Origin: Myxococcales bacterium
Lineage (GTDB): Bacteria; Myxococcota_A; UBA9042; JABWCM01; BTVJ01
Assembly (NCBI GenBank): GCA_045863395.1
Contig: BTVJ01000003.1
Location: 160,001-224,000, forward strand
Reading direction: 5' to 3'
DNA length: 64,000 bases
Within the stretch, counting starts at the first letter, position 1, and each line of letters begins with the position of its first letter. The position numbers were made by a program, and so were the translations under genes. Under the pieces are notes generated by a model. The model was not told the origin of the DNA. It made no database searches and worked only from the letters and a program-made list of their open reading frames with translations. Below, piece after piece: positions 61,101 through 64,000 of the stretch.

Positions 61101-63954
61101 CGCCCCGCCCGGCGTCCGGCAGACGGGGGCGGTCCCACTCCCCACGGTGGCAGGGCTGGGGCGCTTGGACCTGCGGGAGGCCGAGTCCCTGGCGGGGCAC
61201 GTCGCGGGCCTTCGACCGTTCGCCGACCTGTTCGCCGCCGGGTCGCCGTGGCGGGCCCCCGATGGAGAGCGCCCGAGCGTGGCCGGGTGGGGCGCGGACC
61301 GCATCGACGCGGCCACCCGTGCCTTGGAAGGGGCTCTGGCGACGGCCCGCGCCTGGGAGGCGCACCGCGCCCGCATCCAACAGGGGCTCGACGGGTCGCA
61401 CCGGGCGGCCCTGGTCGCGGTCAGGGACTCGCGGGACGCCCGGACCGACGGTGCCGCTCGCGAGGTCTTTGCGGCGATCCTGGCCGCGGGAGAGCGCTCC
61501 CGGGAGCACCTCGAGGTCGTCGCAGCGGCAGACGCTACCTGGGCGGAGGTCGGCGACGCGGTCGAGCGCGTGGGCGCGCGCATCGCCTTCGACCCGGGGC
61601 AGGAGCTCGAGGCCGCCCTGCCGGTGGCGTCGCGGTGGGCCGGGCGCCTGCTGCGGTTCTTCGCGCTGTCCTGGTGGCGGGCCCAGAGCGCGATCCGGCG
61701 AGCCCTCGCCGCCCACTGGCCCGAGCGTGCGGCCCAGAGGGTGGACGGGGGCCTGCTCGCAGAGCTCCGGACGCGGCTCGCCGCCACGCGCGCCTGGAGG
61801 GCCCTCGACGCCGCCGCGGGGGTCCTCGGGCTGCGCGGCATGGCGGGTGGGCTCGACGGGGCCAGGGAGCTCGCGCGCCGCCTGGGCCCTGCCCTCCGGC
61901 GCGCGCTGCCCCTCCTGAGCCATCGCGCCCTGCTGCTGGGGGCTGGCGCCTGGCCGTCCCCTCCGAGCCCGGACGCCCTGGACGCCTGGGACCGGGAGGT
62001 CGACGCGCGGATCGCGCTGCTCGAGGCGCAGGAGGCGCACGCGCGGGCGTCAGAGCCGGTGCGCGCGCTGCTCCCGTGGACGCCGCCGCTGCCCTCCGCA
62101 GAGGCGGTCGCCCGCGCCCTGGATGCGTGGCGGCGCGACGCGTGGCGCCTCGTGGACGCTGACTCCCGGGTCGCCTCTGCGCGGGCGGTGTTCGATCAGG
62201 CAGGGAGCATGGTGTCGCTGCTCGCGGACGCGGGTGGCGACTGGGCGGAGCGCGTGCGGCTGGCGTGGGCGGAGGCCCGCATCGCAGAGGTGGAGAGGAT
62301 CGCGCCGCACGTGCGCCTGCTGGAGACACCCGTCCCCCACGGTGACGAGCCCGCCGCAGCGGCCCGGCTGCGGGCCCTCGTCGACCAGATCGCGGCGAGA
62401 GAGACCGACCGCCTGCTGGCGAACCGCGACCGGACGGAGCTGCTCCGGGCCGTAGCGGAGCCGGGCAAGCGCCGCACTACCCTCCAGGCGGCGCGAGAGG
62501 CGATGCTCAAGGACGCGAAGAAGCAGCGCAACATCCTGCCGCTGCGCAGCTACGTCCGGCGGTTCGCGGGGAGCGGCCTGCTCGACGTGCTGCCGGTGTG
62601 GCTGCTCTCGCCCGAGACCCTCGCGGTGCTGTTTCCCCGGGAGCCTCTCTTCGACGTCGTGATCATCGACGAGGCCTCCCAGTGCACGGTGGAGCACGGG
62701 CTGCCCGTGCTGATGCGCAGCCGCAGGGTCGTCGTCGCGGGCGACGACAAGCAGATGCCGCCGACGTCCTTCTTCCAGTCCCAGGCTTCGGAGGAGCCGG
62801 AGCCCGACGACGAGCGCCGCGAGGCGCGCGACCTGCTGGACGCCGAGTCGCTGCTCGTGCTGGCGCGCACCCGGGTCGAGCGCGTGGGCCTGCGCTGGCA
62901 CTACCGCTGCCTGTTCGAGGAGCTGATCGCGTTCTCGAACTTCTCCATGTACGGCGGTGGGCTGCACACGGTCCCCTCGACGGCGTCCCCCACCTCGGCG
63001 CCTGCGCTTCGCTGGGTGCAGGTGGAGGGCGCCACCTACGACCGGGGCGCCAACGTCGTGGAGGCCCGGCGGATCGTCGACCTGGTGCATGAGCTGCTGG
63101 CGCGCCCGGCGCGGTCGACCATCGGCGTCGTGACGTTCAACCTCGTCCAGCGGCGCGCCATCCTCGACGAGGTCGACACCCGGCGGGCCACGGACGCCGA
63201 CTTCCGGGAGCGCTGGGACGAGGCGGCCGGCCGCGACCTCGTCGACGAGCGGCCCTTCGTGAAGAACCTGGAGTCGGTGCAGGGCGACGAGCGCGACGTC
63301 ATCATCTTCTCGCTCGGGCACGCCCCCGTCGAGCGCTGCCGCAAGGACGGCCGGGTGGATCGCACGGTCCCCGCCCGCTTCGGGCCCCTCGGGCAGAAGG
63401 GCGGCGCGCGGCGCCTCAACGTGGCGATCTCGCGGGCCAGGCGCGAGACCTGGGTGGTGAGCTCCTTCGAGCCGTCCCTCCTGTCGGTGGCGAAGAGCCT
63501 CCACGACGGCCCGAGGCTGCTCAAGGCGTTCCTGGAGTTCGCGTGGCACCTGGCAGCAGGGCGCCGGGCGCAGGCGGAGCGGCTGCTCGCGCTGGTGCGG
63601 GACGGTGAATCAGGCACAAGCACGTCCTCGCGCCGGACCCTGCCAGGAGGCTACGTCCCCCTTGAGGCGCAGATCGCGCTCGCCCTCCAGGAGCGGGGCT
63701 TCGCCTGCGAGCTCAACGTCGGCAGCTCCGGGTTCCGGGTGCCGCTCGCCGTGGTGGATCCCAAGGACCCGGCCCGCTACGCGCTGGGCATCCTGTGCGA
63801 CGACGGCGAGGTCGCCGAGCCCGCCTTCGAGCGCCACGTCCACGTCCCCACGGTCCTCGACGCCCGCGGCTGGCGCATCGTCCGCGTGAGCGCCCGCGAG
63901 TGGCACAGGCGGCGAGACGACGTGCTCGCGCGACTCCACGCAGCCATCGGCTGA
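58123..63954 (+). CDS. M48 metallopeptidase-TerB-DUF4011-SF1 (DNA2/NAM7-like) helicase-degenerate restriction-endonuclease-like fusion
   Basis: GHELGH, REITADR, THP; LSDGELHDTE and ADGTVESLE (TerB); EETG..LYVGYPFL..RAPLVLYPVEL (DUF4011); GPPGTGKS, IIDEASQ, GDDKQMPP, HYR, VQGDERD, RLNVAISRAR; C-terminal LDARGWRIVRV. Confidence 0.88.
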   Translation: MTGSAVAGGGGAAPGRLDVEAVRFAGEIAYARALEETGLVAALGERLATPDGERIRRTLMARSLRLTEGMAPEPYAAARCCAALFGIDRPIEIYQAAGEENAAMHLVDSPVLLEIRGRLLSLLDEPGLVSVMGHELGHYLAHGLWNPHQGAASLANGILAGGDAPPELLSLASRMSMAREITADRFGLMACKDLTAALRCEMVVTTGLSAGSLTWDTVAYLAQCRELMEATLAEGGTALGGTHPEHSLRAWALWLFSETDVYARWAGTGSGSRALAQVDELLLRVLGRDDVSVGTPAALEEPVRELHECALACCVLVALSDGELHDTEAEAIERVFATLVPDWRRYLDWDIACERFAETAVVVAAAGPSAQRSLLSLMVHVLGADGTVESLELDVVCAIGDALGCGPLFRRLLPLALRALGVEVPDLEGRKAPPIPMPARRDEAHAALAVFLEGVARRGGGEVTLRRLLRLLGERQASDQALATVRSALRRADLRCEPEPSDRLDEVLRLDPTPEASARRHGRPPAPVLGADQETLRRALLRLRESLVSGDGRSPAIRLRQARTGRAFDLHDLEAVSMGLSERALALVRGGKEARLVDAAEVGRHDGAKAVAQELIAMEREHKLRFEETGARDLYVGYPFLAGQAAGYLVRAPLVLYPVELVRSDRGARSFSLAPRRDEPPIANQSAIRLLFSKKGYALPDDLVERLDELAADGPEALLGELARLGVSPRVLTGQLGPLTDRLTELLAWAADRLDVEEVAVLGLFPQSSSDLLQDYDSLLAALAEGVHPGEALGCAAELLPADLRERVTGGAAPASARNEPLTPVLYADPSQRAVLARARSARALVVDGPPGTGKSQVIVNLVADAVARGERVAVVCEKRAALDVVVQRLEKVGLRHLLGLVHDVHDDRRGLYRQIAARLEEAADRTWDQAEAARLTQEADALGAALDLRSAALAHRAGALSVGELHTFASGLTVTGGGPLGATGGPRVVAPPAPPGVRQTGAVPLPTVAGLGRLDLREAESLAGHVAGLRPFADLFAAGSPWRAPDGERPSVAGWGADRIDAATRALEGALATARAWEAHRARIQQGLDGSHRAALVAVRDSRDARTDGAAREVFAAILAAGERSREHLEVVAAADATWAEVGDAVERVGARIAFDPGQELEAALPVASRWAGRLLRFFALSWWRAQSAIRRALAAHWPERAAQRVDGGLLAELRTRLAATRAWRALDAAAGVLGLRGMAGGLDGARELARRLGPALRRALPLLSHRALLLGAGAWPSPPSPDALDAWDREVDARIALLEAQEAHARASEPVRALLPWTPPLPSAEAVARALDAWRRDAWRLVDADSRVASARAVFDQAGSMVSLLADAGGDWAERVRLAWAEARIAEVERIAPHVRLLETPVPHGDEPAAAARLRALVDQIAARETDRLLANRDRTELLRAVAEPGKRRTTLQAAREAMLKDAKKQRNILPLRSYVRRFAGSGLLDVLPVWLLSPETLAVLFPREPLFDVVIIDEASQCTVEHGLPVLMRSRRVVVAGDDKQMPPTSFFQSQASEEPEPDDERREARDLLDAESLLVLARTRVERVGLRWHYRCLFEELIAFSNFSMYGGGLHTVPSTASPTSAPALRWVQVEGATYDRGANVVEARRIVDLVHELLARPARSTIGVVTFNLVQRRAILDEVDTRRATDADFRERWDEAAGRDLVDERPFVKNLESVQGDERDVIIFSLGHAPVERCRKDGRVDRTVPARFGPLGQKGGARRLNVAISRARRETWVVSSFEPSLLSVAKSLHDGPRLLKAFLEFAWHLAAGRRAQAERLLALVRDGESGTSTSSRRTLPGGYVPLEAQIALALQERGFACELNVGSSGFRVPLAVVDPKDPARYALGILCDDGEVAEPAFERHVHVPTVLDARGWRIVRVSAREWHRRRDDVLARLHAAIG

Positions 63955-64000
63955 CTGAGGAAGGTCTGGCAGCGGGGCGACGTGTGGCGGACCCGGTCCA

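Overview
Very GC-rich chromosomal window, most consistent with a Myxococcota/Deltaproteobacteria-type bacterium (inferred from Cys-rich and EGF lipoproteins, several Ser/Thr kinases and a MYXO-CTERM-like tail). All calls come from reading motifs by eye; no database searches were run. From left to right: the 3' end of argB; a coupled run of surface lipoprotein genes; an orphan FliD-like gene plus a pseudokinase; a poly-HAMP hybrid kinase paired with a REC-PAS hybrid kinase; a ~166 bp palindromic intergenic element; a membrane glycosyltransferase and a secreted pseudo-caspase with Tudor/Agenet repeats. Next is an accessory segment (~20.8-29.5 kb) bracketed by a duplicated 44 bp sequence. It holds a MazF-type TA pair, 42 bp palindromic tandem repeats, and remnants of an SNF2/type III restriction locus around an intact C5-methylase/endonuclease pair. 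Then come a photolyase, two kinases, an FHA protein, an EGF lipoprotein and an MBL hydrolase; a four-gene coupled operon (2108 aa SIR2-TPR, ParA-like ATPase, antitoxin, PIN); an NlpC/P60-like protein; a flavin amine oxidase with CxxCH; two radical SAM genes; a polysaccharide deacetylase; and GapN. The window ends with a 1943 aa M48 peptidase-TerB-DUF4011-SF1 helicase fusion. The best candidates for undescribed systems are this fusion and the SIR2-TPR/ParA operon. No rRNA, tRNA, CRISPR array, integrase or transposase was recognised.
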